The notes under the pieces: generated by a model
The model's input: only the letters and a program-made list of their open reading frames with translations
What the model was told of the DNA's origin: nothing
Databases searched by the model: none
Position numbers and translations under genes: made by a program
Part shown: positions 9,710 through 17,929 of the stretch, in pieces
Layout: each line of letters begins with the position of its first letter
Position numbering within the stretch: the first letter of the stretch is position 1
NCBI GenBank assembly: GCA_964354485.1
Contig: CAYGZY010000044.1
Span: forward strand, 1-36,214
Direction: 5' to 3'
Length of the DNA: 36,214 bases
Origin: an uncultured Chlorobiaceae bacterium
GTDB lineage: Bacteria; Bacteroidota; Ignavibacteria; UBA10030; SZUA-254

Positions 9710-10602
9710 CTCTCTTTGATTTTTGAGTTTATAGGACCGGCAATTCCTCTATACTCCACCAATTCCGATTCGACGCTGCCGATTATGATTTTCGCCAATA
9801 CTAAAACGGGCATTCTGCGGTCGTCATCGGTAAGCCATACATGGATTTTCCCTTCGCTTTTAAAGAGGCCGCCTTCCTTGGCAAGGGGTTCGACAACGAT
9901 ACAATTGAATTTACCGGCTTCCACCTCGACGGTCTGTTTACCTTTATATTTCACATCGAGTTCATAGGTAGAATCCTTGTAGAAATTTTGTAGGTGCACT
10001 TTCTCGCCGGGCTTTAACGAAGAGAAGTCGATGGTTCTTGTGAAGTAAAAAGCAGACATAATATCCTGAACATATGAAGGGATGGGGTAATCTCCTTCCG
10101 TTGTAATTGCAATCTGGTTTATGTGATCAAACTCTGCCGTGAAATCCCGGCTGTACCCACCTTCCCGTATATGCTGTTCGAACCGCCACGGAAATATCCC
10201 TTGTGCATCAATGACGGTGCTGTAGCGATCCCGAACCTTATAGAAAACATCGAAAAAGGGTTTTGAGTTGAGGTTAAACTCAACGTTATAGCATTGCCGG
10301 TTTTTGTACAGGGTATCGCTCACCGCGAGAACTGCCTCGCCTGCCGTTACAAATCCGTAATTGATGTCGAACCTGAGGTACTCCCCTGCCGTGAATGCGA
10401 TATTTACAATTTTACGCAGAGTATCGGTCGGCACTACCGTGATCGTGTCAGCCGGAACGTCCGAAACCGTACTGTTCTGTCTGTTATCCCCCCCCTTCGG
10501 CACCATTAATCCTCCAACAGCCAGAACGATTATTATGGAAATCACAAGGAGCAGGTTTATTGAAATCCCTCGTGCGTGAAAGTTTTGCACTGATATACTC
10601 AT
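9706..10602 (-). CDS. DUF3108 domain-containing protein (membrane-anchored or secreted)
   Basis: N-terminal hydrophobic anchor (ISINLLLVISIIIVLAVGGL). It is followed by GEYLRFDINYGFVTAGEAVLAV ... FFDVFYKVRDRYSTVIDAQGIFPWRFEQHIREGGYSRD, as recalled for DUF3108 proteins. The track start 10683 overlaps the GT9 gene; ATG 10602 is preferred. Confidence 0.7.
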   Translation of the reverse strand: MSISVQNFHARGISINLLLVISIIIVLAVGGLMVPKGGDNRQNSTVSDVPADTITVVPTDTLRKIVNIAFTAGEYLRFDINYGFVTAGEAVLAVSDTLYKNRQCYNVEFNLNSKPFFDVFYKVRDRYSTVIDAQGIFPWRFEQHIREGGYSRDFTAEFDHINQIAITTEGDYPIPSYVQDIMSAFYFTRTIDFSSLKPGEKVHLQNFYKDSTYELDVKYKGKQTVEVEAGKFNCIVVEPLAKEGGLFKSEGKIHVWLTDDDRRMPVLVLAKIIIGSVESELVEYRGIAGPINSKIKER

Positions 10603-10612
10603 AGTCAATAAC

Positions 10613-11656
10613 CTAACTTTGCCGAATAAGTTGATTTGCTGCGGAATAAACCTGGTCGACGCTGATTGTATCCATACATTCACAGACAGAACTTTTTTTC
10701 CTGATGCATTTTGTACAATCCAAGGGTTTATCCTGGGGTGAAAAGATTATTTTTTTATCCGTCCATGGGCCCCATCGTCGGGCGCTTAGTGCAGTAATGT
10801 GCGGATAGAATCCGATTAACGGTGTTCCCACTGCTGCTGCGATGTGTATCGGTCCGGTCGAATTTGCAACGAAGAGTGCAGCCTTCTTTATGAATGCTGC
10901 GAACTCACAGATAGAGAGCTGATCCGGAAGGGCAATAGCCCGGTTTCCGGAGATGGAACGGACGAGTTCTATAAGTCGTTGTTCATTTTTACCTCCAGTG
11001 ACGACAACCTGCACATCGTCCATTTCCTGTAATTTCCTCCCAAGAAAACCGAAGTTTTTCGGACTCCAATCGCGGGCAGAACTGCCGCTGCCGGGGTGAA
11101 GGATTACGATCTTTTTATCCCGCAGTAACCCCAGGTCCTCCATATACTTTGTGATCCTTTTTTCAGTATCCGGGGTGACTTCAAGGGTTGGCGATATATC
11201 TAATCCTTCTACGGAATAACCTAATGACCTGATGAGGTGGATATTGTACTCAAGCTCATGGAAGCGGGCATATTTCCGGTGCTCGTAAACTTTTCGCGTA
11301 AAGAGGAAAGAATACCATCTGTAACCGGTTCCCACGCGGATCGGAATACTTGCAAGCCATGTGATCAGTGCAAGGCGGAAGCGGGGATGAGTGTGAAACA
11401 CGACGTCGTACCGACCACGCCGGATATTCTCGATAAGTTCAAAAAAAGGGGTGACTCTTCCGTCATTATCATACGCAATAATTTCGTTTACGTTATGGTT
11501 CGATTCAACAAGTTCGGCTGTATATTGACGGATAAGCATAGTGATGTGTGCACGAGAGACATACTTTCTGATGATAGAAGCCATCGGGAGGGTGAGGATT
11601 ACGTCCCCTATTCTGTCTGTTCGGACTATCAGGAATCGATGAAACTGTTGCTCCAA
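10613..11656 (-). CDS. Glycosyltransferase family 9 (LPS heptosyltransferase-like)
   Basis: N-terminal LIVRTDRIGDVILTLP and C-terminal LFVANSTGPIHIAAAVGTPLIGF are the typical GT9 (RfaF/WaaC-type) blocks. The start codon is TTG (11656) with no in-frame ATG nearby. Confidence 0.85.
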   Translation of the reverse strand: MEQQFHRFLIVRTDRIGDVILTLPMASIIRKYVSRAHITMLIRQYTAELVESNHNVNEIIAYDNDGRVTPFFELIENIRRGRYDVVFHTHPRFRLALITWLASIPIRVGTGYRWYSFLFTRKVYEHRKYARFHELEYNIHLIRSLGYSVEGLDISPTLEVTPDTEKRITKYMEDLGLLRDKKIVILHPGSGSSARDWSPKNFGFLGRKLQEMDDVQVVVTGGKNEQRLIELVRSISGNRAIALPDQLSICEFAAFIKKAALFVANSTGPIHIAAAVGTPLIGFYPHITALSARRWGPWTDKKIIFSPQDKPLDCTKCIRKKSSVCECMDTISVDQVYSAANQLIRQS

Positions 11657-11685
11657 TCGCCGGCAATCTCCATTTACGTGAATTC

Positions 11686-11714
11686 AATATACATTGAAAC
11701 CACCGCAATTGCAA
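11686..11714 (-). promoter_or_regulatory. Putative sigma70-type promoter of the GT9-to-yraN gene string
   Basis: Minus strand reads TTGCAA (11714..11709), a 17-nt spacer, then TATATT (11691..11686), 30 nt upstream of the TTG start. An identical hexamer pair and spacing recurs at 12285-12313. Confidence 0.45.
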
Positions 11715-11747
11715 TGTCAGCACACGCAGAGCGGATAACGATCAACA

Positions 11748-12248
11748 TCAGATGAGGTAAGCGCGTGGTATCGGAGAATTTTGTCGTTCAAGGTCCCACG
11801 TAAAGGACAGGATCGACCATCGTTGCTTTTCCCTTAACAGTTGGACGGAATATATCCCCCGTTGAATGGGATTAGGATCATTTGGCAGATGATGGACTTC
11901 GAACGTACTGAAAACCTGCCCGAGTGCGCCATACGATTGCATACGACGGGCAATTTCTGAAATAATGAAGCCTTTCCGCTCCAGGCCGCTGAAAACTATT
12001 GACTCCACCGACTGACGAATATAAATCTCAAGTTCAATTGACTCGGATTGTGCATCTTTCTCGCTTCGAGGAGGAACTACCTGACCTTGCGGATGAAAAA
12101 GCGTGCGAAGCCGGTTGTAGTCGGGCTGAGCTCCGATTGTAAAGGAGAGCGACTCGAAGAGCGCTTTAACGAGACCGTCGATTGTAGAAACATCTGACGG
12201 ATCGGGAGGACGAGGGACCGGATCAGGAACAAGCTTTTTTCGTGCCAT
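11748..12248 (-). CDS. Hypothetical protein, 166 aa, Pro-rich N-terminus; possibly NTF2/SnoaL-like fold
   Basis: ATG-initiated ORF with its own promoter (12285-12313) and an upstream terminator. No recognisable catalytic motif. The fold guess rests only on size and the hydrophobic pattern (VKALFESLSF...LRTLFHPQG). Confidence 0.6.
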   Translation of the reverse strand: MARKKLVPDPVPRPPDPSDVSTIDGLVKALFESLSFTIGAQPDYNRLRTLFHPQGQVVPPRSEKDAQSESIELEIYIRQSVESIVFSGLERKGFIISEIARRMQSYGALGQVFSTFEVHHLPNDPNPIQRGIYSVQLLREKQRWSILSFTWDLERQNSPIPRAYLI

Positions 12249-12284
12249 TTTCTTCTGAATATTGTAATTAATAACGTTTTACTT

Positions 12285-12313
12285 AATATACGCGGATTAG
12301 AGTAGAGTTGCAA
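12285..12313 (-). promoter_or_regulatory. Putative sigma70-type promoter of the 166-aa ORF
   Basis: Minus strand reads TTGCAA (12313..12308), a 17-nt spacer, then TATATT (12290..12285). It sits 37 nt upstream of ATG 12248 and 20 nt downstream of terminator hairpin B. Confidence 0.5.
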
Positions 12314-12333
12314 AACATTACGGAGGCGGGTAT

Positions 12334-12359
12334 AAAAAAGGTGACCTTGTGGGGTCACC
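12334..12359 (-). terminator. Intrinsic terminator (hairpin B) for minus-strand transcription
   Basis: GGTGACC (12340-12346) pairs with GGTCACC (12353-12359) across a 6-nt loop, preceded on the plus strand by A6 (12334-12339). On the minus strand this is a 7-bp GC-rich stem followed by TTTTTT. Confidence 0.55.
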
Positions 12360-12579
12360 CATGTGGATTAGGTTTGATTCGACTGATTCTCTATTAATAT
12401 AACGAAGGTAGTAATACTTCCGCAATATTATATTGTTCTCTCTTACTCAATTTTTTCATATTTCCTAATGATGACGATTCGTGATTTACATCACATAACC
12501 ATTGGATAGCCCCTCTTTATTTGATACTTTGGGTCTGGGGAAACCTCAAATACCAGGGGCTACAATCCCACATCCCTAA

Positions 12580-12615
12580 GGGTGACCTCTCCTCCCGGTC
12601 ACCCTTCTTTTTTTT
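12580..12615 (+). terminator. Intrinsic terminator (hairpin A) oriented for plus-strand transcription; overlaps the dnaG stop codon
   Basis: GGGTGACC (12580-12587) pairs with GGTCACCC (12597-12604) across a 9-nt loop, followed by TTCTTTTTTTT (12605-12615) on the plus strand. No annotated plus-strand gene lies upstream. Confidence 0.5.
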
Positions 12616-14473
12616 CATCCTTTCCGTGTAAATCCAACTGCTTCATCTGTTGAAGCAATGCCTGATGTATTTCAAGGAATCGTAATATATCTTTCCCTCC
12701 GGCGGATGCTTCCTTCAGTAATTGCTGGTTTTCAATAATTTTTCTCTCGATTGCCTTTTTTTTGAGCACTGTGATTGCATCTTTGACGACATTGAAAGGA
12801 TCTGCTCTCTCAATTTCAATACCTTTCACATCCCATTGCTTGCTGACATAAGATGTGCTCAAAAGCAGTTCCGAGATAAATTTTCTATCCTCTCCATCTT
12901 CAAGCGTATCAATCATTGATGAGGGATGAACGTCATCGTTGCGGCGAATTCGTTCGATCAACATGGTGATAAGCGACCGAATACGGGTATTTGTGAGTAA
13001 TTCGCGGTCAAGATTTTCATCCACAAACGAAATTACGGCCGCACCTCCTTCCAGTATAGCAGACAGCAGTTCCCGCTCAACCGGAGGGATTCGGCGTTCA
13101 TGCAAGCTTGGGACCCGGTCGGCTAAAGTCGGCTCATCGACCTGATCCTGTCTCCGGTAGCTTTGCAGATCCTGATTTCCGCGAAGTGATTTTTCCAGTT
13201 CACGGTGCAAGGTCGACTCATAGAGGTGGTACTTCTCTGCAACGTGCTTGATATAGAAATTTCTCTTGAGTTCATCCTTCATGCGGGCTATCGTCTTGAC
13301 GATTGCGCGAACCGTTTCCGCTTCCCCTTCAGGCGTTTTCAGCTTTCCCTCACGTTCGAATGAACGGGCGATGAAATCGACGAACGACTCAGAGTCATCG
13401 ATGAGTTTTTTAAACGCTTCATCTCCGAATCGGCGGATGTAGGAATCGGGATCTTCCCCTTCGGATAGAACGGCGACCTGGACGTCACAGTCATTTTCGA
13501 GGATCATATCCACTCCCCGCAGTGTCGCCTTCGAGCCTGCCGAGTCGGCATCGTAGAGCAGCGTAATTTTTTTTACGTACCGTGCAATCAGGCGTATCTG
13601 CTCGACTGTCAATGCTGTTCCGCTAGATGCGACCACATTTCGGAAACCCGCCTGATAGACGCTGAGAACATCCGTATATCCTTCCACGAGAAGTACACTT
13701 CCCTTTTCACGAATGTTATCTTTCGCCTGGGAGAGACCGTAGAGCAATCGACTTTTATTAAAGATGGGTGTTTCCGGGGAATTGATATACTTACCGAGAG
13801 GGTCATCCTCATGAAGTTTTCGCGCACCGAAACCTACAACCCGCCCCGTACCTGTGAGAATAGGAAACATTGCCCGGCCGTGGAAGTAATCGTGGTATGA
13901 TCCGTCTTCCCGGCGGCGGAGGAGACCGGCCTTTTCCATGAGCGCAAGATCAAACTTTTTCTCCTGAGCCAGTGTCAGGAGTGCAGTCCATGAATTAGGT
14001 GAATAACCGAGACCAAACGATCGTATTATCTCATCAGTAAAACCGCGGTTATGAAAATAATCACGCGCGTATTTACCCTCCGGAAATTCCATCAGATATG
14101 CATAATAGAAAAGCGCCGCTTCGCGGCAGAGTGCGTAGAGTTGTTCGCTCTCGCTGGCGCGTTCATCGTCAGCCTGAGAATAACGCGGTAAGGGAATACC
14201 GGCACGTTCTGCAAGAGCTTTCACCGCTTCGCCGAACGACACTTTTTCATGCTCCATGACAAAGGTAAAGACGTTCCCCCCTACGCCGCAACCGAAGCAA
14301 TGGTACATCTGCCGCTCCGCAGATACCGTGAAAGATGGTGTCTTTTCGGAATGGAAAGGACACAGCCCGATGAAATTCTTTCCGCGCTTTTTCAGTTGTG
14401 AAAAAGAGCTTATATATTCAACGATATCCGTTGCGTTTCGGATTTCATCAATTTTTTCGGGGAGAATTCTCAC
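12599..14473 (-). CDS. dnaG: DNA primase
   Basis: Zinc-finger block CPFHSEKTPSFTVSAERQMYHCFGCGVGGNVFTF, TOPRIM motifs EGYTDV and DADSAG, 624 aa. GTG start at 14473 (MRILPEKIDEIRNATDIVEYI, a typical primase N-terminus). Confidence 0.95.
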   Translation of the reverse strand: MRILPEKIDEIRNATDIVEYISSFSQLKKRGKNFIGLCPFHSEKTPSFTVSAERQMYHCFGCGVGGNVFTFVMEHEKVSFGEAVKALAERAGIPLPRYSQADDERASESEQLYALCREAALFYYAYLMEFPEGKYARDYFHNRGFTDEIIRSFGLGYSPNSWTALLTLAQEKKFDLALMEKAGLLRRREDGSYHDYFHGRAMFPILTGTGRVVGFGARKLHEDDPLGKYINSPETPIFNKSRLLYGLSQAKDNIREKGSVLLVEGYTDVLSVYQAGFRNVVASSGTALTVEQIRLIARYVKKITLLYDADSAGSKATLRGVDMILENDCDVQVAVLSEGEDPDSYIRRFGDEAFKKLIDDSESFVDFIARSFEREGKLKTPEGEAETVRAIVKTIARMKDELKRNFYIKHVAEKYHLYESTLHRELEKSLRGNQDLQSYRRQDQVDEPTLADRVPSLHERRIPPVERELLSAILEGGAAVISFVDENLDRELLTNTRIRSLITMLIERIRRNDDVHPSSMIDTLEDGEDRKFISELLLSTSYVSKQWDVKGIEIERADPFNVVKDAITVLKKKAIERKIIENQQLLKEASAGGKDILRFLEIHQALLQQMKQLDLHGKDEKKEG

Positions 14474-14511
14474 ATTCTGCCGCAGGAATTGAACTCATGA
14501 ACGATTTTTAG

Positions 14512-14540
14512 AATGTACAGAAAATGGCAGCCGGATGCAA
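14512..14540 (-). promoter_or_regulatory. Putative sigma70-type promoter of dnaG
   Basis: Minus strand reads TTGCAT (14540..14535), a 17-nt spacer, then TACATT (14517..14512), 39 nt upstream of the GTG start. Confidence 0.35.
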
Positions 14541-14553
14541 AATATGTGCATTC

Positions 14554-14601
14554 TTGGATTTGTTGGAATTCTCAGTATATTTAGAGAGGTATCGAGATAC
14601 C
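14554..14601 (+). promoter_or_regulatory. Putative promoter of the kinase/regulator operon, with a 14-bp perfect palindrome at the predicted transcription start
   Basis: TTGGAT (14554-14559), a 16-nt spacer, then TATATT (14576-14581). GGTATCGAGATACC (14588-14601) starts about 7 nt after the -10 hexamer, so it could be an operator or a 5'-terminal hairpin. Confidence 0.4.
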
Positions 14602-14665
14602 CTATACAATAGATCCCGACCGTAATCTTTTGAACCTATATCCGTAACCAACCGGAGGTATGTAC

Positions 14666-17600
14666 ATGAGCCCACAAAATAAAGTCAGACTTTCACTCAC
14701 GCCAGCGAGGATAACGATCTTCTATTATATATTCCTCGGCGGGTTGTGGATTCTCTTTTCGGACCTTCTCCTTTCTTCCTTTGCACCGACCCTTGCATGG
14801 TTGACACTTTTTCAGACATTCAAGGGCTGGTTCTTCGTCATCGTCACAGGATCACTTCTATACGGTCTCATCAAGTACTATGCTTACGAAAGAACAAAAG
14901 CAGAGAATGATCTCCGGAACAGTCACGGGCAATTGGTTTCAATTCTTGATGGAATCAATGACGGTTTTATCACTCTCGATCGCGATCTAAAATACACTTC
15001 GGTAAACAGACGGGCAGGGATTCTATTGAACCATACTCCCAAAGAATGCATCGGCAAATACTTCTGGGACATTTTTCCCGACGCCCATGATAACCAAGTA
15101 CGCAAAACCATGGAGGATGCACTACAATCACTGCAACCTGTCGAATTTGAATGCTTCGATGCGTCGGCACAGCGGTGGTTCGAAAACCGTGTTTACCCGT
15201 CGAAAGACGGGCTGACAATTTTTTTCCAGGACATAACACAACAGAAGGAAGCCGAAGCTGAACGACAACTGCAGCTGGCAATCATTGATAAAACCAGTGA
15301 TATTGTCGGTCTGGCAACACCTGATGGCATGCTTACTTACCTCAACCGTGCGGGGATCGAACTTATCGTCTTTAATCCCGCAGAGGACGGAACGAAAAAA
15401 AATATAACTGAATTCCATCCGCGGTGGGCATCTGACATTTTATTCAGTACTGGATTACCCACTGCGGCTGCGAAAGGATTATGGAAAGGGGAGTTGGCAA
15501 TATTTGATTCAAGCGGAATAGAAGTGCCTGTTTCTCAGCTTATTATGTCGCACAGGACCCCTAACGGCACTCTTACCTACTTCTCAAGCATCATTCGTGA
15601 AATTACCGATTTGAAACTGAAAGAGGAAGCCTTGAGAGGATCAGAAGAAAAATTCTCCAAGGCATTCCAGGCGAGCCCCAATGCTATGGTCATCACGAGG
15701 GTTTCCGACAATATAATTATCGACGTCAATGACAGTTTCATCAGAGCATCAGGATATGGCTATGAAGAAGTGGTGGGTAAGACAACCATTGACCTCAACT
15801 TGTGGAGAGAGCAATCCGACAGAAAAATGTTTCTCGCACAGCTCACCCGGGAGGGTAGTGTAACCAAACATATATTTTACTTTCAACATAAATTGGGCGA
15901 CATCCGGTGCGGATCTATTTCAGGCGAAACAATTCACATCGGGACGGAAAAATGTTACCTGAGTGTAATTGAGGATATCACAGATCAGAAGAACATCGAG
16001 GAAGAGCTTCGCGTCTCACGCGACTTTGCACTTGCCATTATTGATAGTCTTCCCGGTATATTTTACATCTACAATCCTCAGAACAATTCTGTCACCTGGA
16101 ATAAAACATTCAAGGAAATTACCGGATACACCGATGATGAGATCAAATCAATGGCATTCCTCGGAGAATTTGCCGAAGAGGACAGAGATAAACTCCGCAA
16201 CGGTCTCGCAGAAATTCTCAGAGACGGTTCCTCTTCAAGTACAGATGCACGACTGCTGACCAAGGACGGAAAGCAGGTCCTCTTCCATTTAACGGGAACC
16301 AGACTGAATATGAAAGATGAAAAATACATCATCGGTATGGGTATTGATATCACATCGCGCAAAAATGCAGAAGATTTGATACGTCAGGTAAACGAGAGGC
16401 TCCAATACCTGCTCACAGCCACATCCGTAGTGATATACACCGCATCCGTAGCAAAAGCCCACGCTGTTACGTTCGTAAGCGACAACGTAATAAATGTTAC
16501 CGGTTTTTCATCCGATGAATTCCTCAGCGGTGAGAATTTTTGGTGCGAGCAAATTCATCCAGAAGATAGAAAACAAACACAGAACGATCTCGACTCTCTG
16601 ATAACGAAAGGATCCAATACCTACGAATACCGCTTCCGCCAGAAAGACGGCCGGTACACATGGATCAGGGAAGAATGTAAACTGGTCCGTGATGCAAATG
16701 GCACTCCGAAGGAGATCATCGGATACTTTACGGACATCAGTAAGAGGAAGGAGGTTGAACAGGCGCTGAAGTTCAACGAGGAACGGCTCCGGCTTGCGCT
16801 AGAAGCAACGAGCGATGCACTCTGGGATTGGGACCTCTCAACAAACACGCTATACTACAGTCCCCGCTGGTACACCATGCTCGGATATGAGCCTCAATCA
16901 TTCGAGGCAAATTATGAAAATTGGGTTCGGCTCACTATGCCCGAGGATGTCGAACGTACAGTAAGAATCCTCCGGGATGCGATCGAAAACGGCGTCGGAT
17001 TCGAATCAGAATTCAGGATGAAAGCCGCAGACGGAAGCTGGCGATGGATCCTCGGACGTGGGAGGGCAACTGCTTGGGACGCACAAGGCAAAGCACTCCG
17101 TCTCACCGGAACTAACACCGACATGACTGAACGTCGGGAAGCTGAGAATGCACTTCGCATGTCTCGCGACCAGCTTCGAAACTACGGCGCAAGGCTTCAG
17201 CACATTCGCGAGGAAGAACGCACGTACATTGCGCGCGAAATTCATGATGAACTCGGACAAATACTTACAGGCCTCAAAATGGACCTGTCCTTCCTTGAAG
17301 AAATACTTCTAGAAGAAGCGAGACTCACACAGCGAAGAGAAGTGAGAGCGAAGATTGATTCTATGTCGAATCTCATGGATTCCGCCATAGGAAGCATGAG
17401 GAAAATCATAACGGAGTTGAGACCCGTGGTTCTTGATACCATGGGATTATCCGCGGCAATCGAATGGCAAGCAGAGGAATTTCAACAGCGGACCGGTATT
17501 GCATGTTTCTATACGTCGCCGCAGGACATGCCGACGCTTCCACGGGATTTTGCCACATCCATCTTCCGAATTCTGCAGGAATCGCTGACAAACATCATAC

Positions 17601-17842
17601 GGCATGCAGGAGCAAGTAGGACGACGATCACGATGAAGCTTGATCAAGGAAATCTGATACTTCTAGTGCACGACGACGGAAGAGGGATATCGGAGGACGA
17701 GATAGCCCAAAAAAAATCATTTGGTATAACGGGAATGAAGGAACGGGTGGAGCTGTTAGGAGGCAAGTTCAATATTCACGGAATTCAAGGAAAAGGCACC
17801 TTGCTCAGCGTAGAAATACCGCTTCCATCGCAACAAGCATAA
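14666..17842 (+). CDS. Multi-PAS sensor histidine kinase (2 TM, about six PAS/PAC modules, HisKA_3, HATPase_c; NarX/DegS class)
   Basis: Two N-terminal TM helices with almost no periplasmic loop. Six repeats each end in a PAC-like DIT.xK..E motif: FQDITQQKEAE, IREITDLKLKEE, IEDITDQKNIEE, GIDITSRKNAED, FTDISKRKEVEQ, NTDMTERREAEN. H-box REEERTYIAREIHDELGQ (HisKA_3), N-box LQESLTNIIRHAGA, G-boxes DDGRGI and GITGMKERVELLGGKF. The ORF opens at ATG 14660, but GGAGG (14654-14658) is spaced correctly only for ATG 14666. Confidence 0.9.
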   Translation: MSPQNKVRLSLTPARITIFYYIFLGGLWILFSDLLLSSFAPTLAWLTLFQTFKGWFFVIVTGSLLYGLIKYYAYERTKAENDLRNSHGQLVSILDGINDGFITLDRDLKYTSVNRRAGILLNHTPKECIGKYFWDIFPDAHDNQVRKTMEDALQSLQPVEFECFDASAQRWFENRVYPSKDGLTIFFQDITQQKEAEAERQLQLAIIDKTSDIVGLATPDGMLTYLNRAGIELIVFNPAEDGTKKNITEFHPRWASDILFSTGLPTAAAKGLWKGELAIFDSSGIEVPVSQLIMSHRTPNGTLTYFSSIIREITDLKLKEEALRGSEEKFSKAFQASPNAMVITRVSDNIIIDVNDSFIRASGYGYEEVVGKTTIDLNLWREQSDRKMFLAQLTREGSVTKHIFYFQHKLGDIRCGSISGETIHIGTEKCYLSVIEDITDQKNIEEELRVSRDFALAIIDSLPGIFYIYNPQNNSVTWNKTFKEITGYTDDEIKSMAFLGEFAEEDRDKLRNGLAEILRDGSSSSTDARLLTKDGKQVLFHLTGTRLNMKDEKYIIGMGIDITSRKNAEDLIRQVNERLQYLLTATSVVIYTASVAKAHAVTFVSDNVINVTGFSSDEFLSGENFWCEQIHPEDRKQTQNDLDSLITKGSNTYEYRFRQKDGRYTWIREECKLVRDANGTPKEIIGYFTDISKRKEVEQALKFNEERLRLALEATSDALWDWDLSTNTLYYSPRWYTMLGYEPQSFEANYENWVRLTMPEDVERTVRILRDAIENGVGFESEFRMKAADGSWRWILGRGRATAWDAQGKALRLTGTNTDMTERREAENALRMSRDQLRNYGARLQHIREEERTYIAREIHDELGQILTGLKMDLSFLEEILLEEARLTQRREVRAKIDSMSNLMDSAIGSMRKIITELRPVVLDTMGLSAAIEWQAEEFQQRTGIACFYTSPQDMPTLPRDFATSIFRILQESLTNIIRHAGASRTTITMKLDQGNLILLVHDDGRGISEDEIAQKKSFGITGMKERVELLGGKFNIHGIQGKGTLLSVEIPLPSQQA

Positions 17843-17929
17843 ACAACCGGAGAAAACGGTAATTCACCCGGGAATTGATTTTCTTGCGCTTTTTTCTGAT
17901 ATTGCACAAGAAGAGCTGGTGAGAGGAAT

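Noticed and set aside
11237-11755. 172-aa plus-strand ORF
   Set aside because: It is antisense to the GT9 glycosyltransferase, whose motifs are unambiguous, so it is a shadow ORF.
12361-12400. GATTCGAC string reminiscent of the tmRNA 5' region
   Set aside because: There is no tRNA-like acceptor/T-arm 3' end (no GGTTCGAATCC...CCA), no tag reading frame, and the locus is far too short for tmRNA.
17861-17876. AATTC..GAATT hairpin followed by T-rich sequence between the kinase and the NarL-type regulator
   Set aside because: The 5-bp AT-rich stem is too weak for a terminator. The two genes are most simply co-transcribed.
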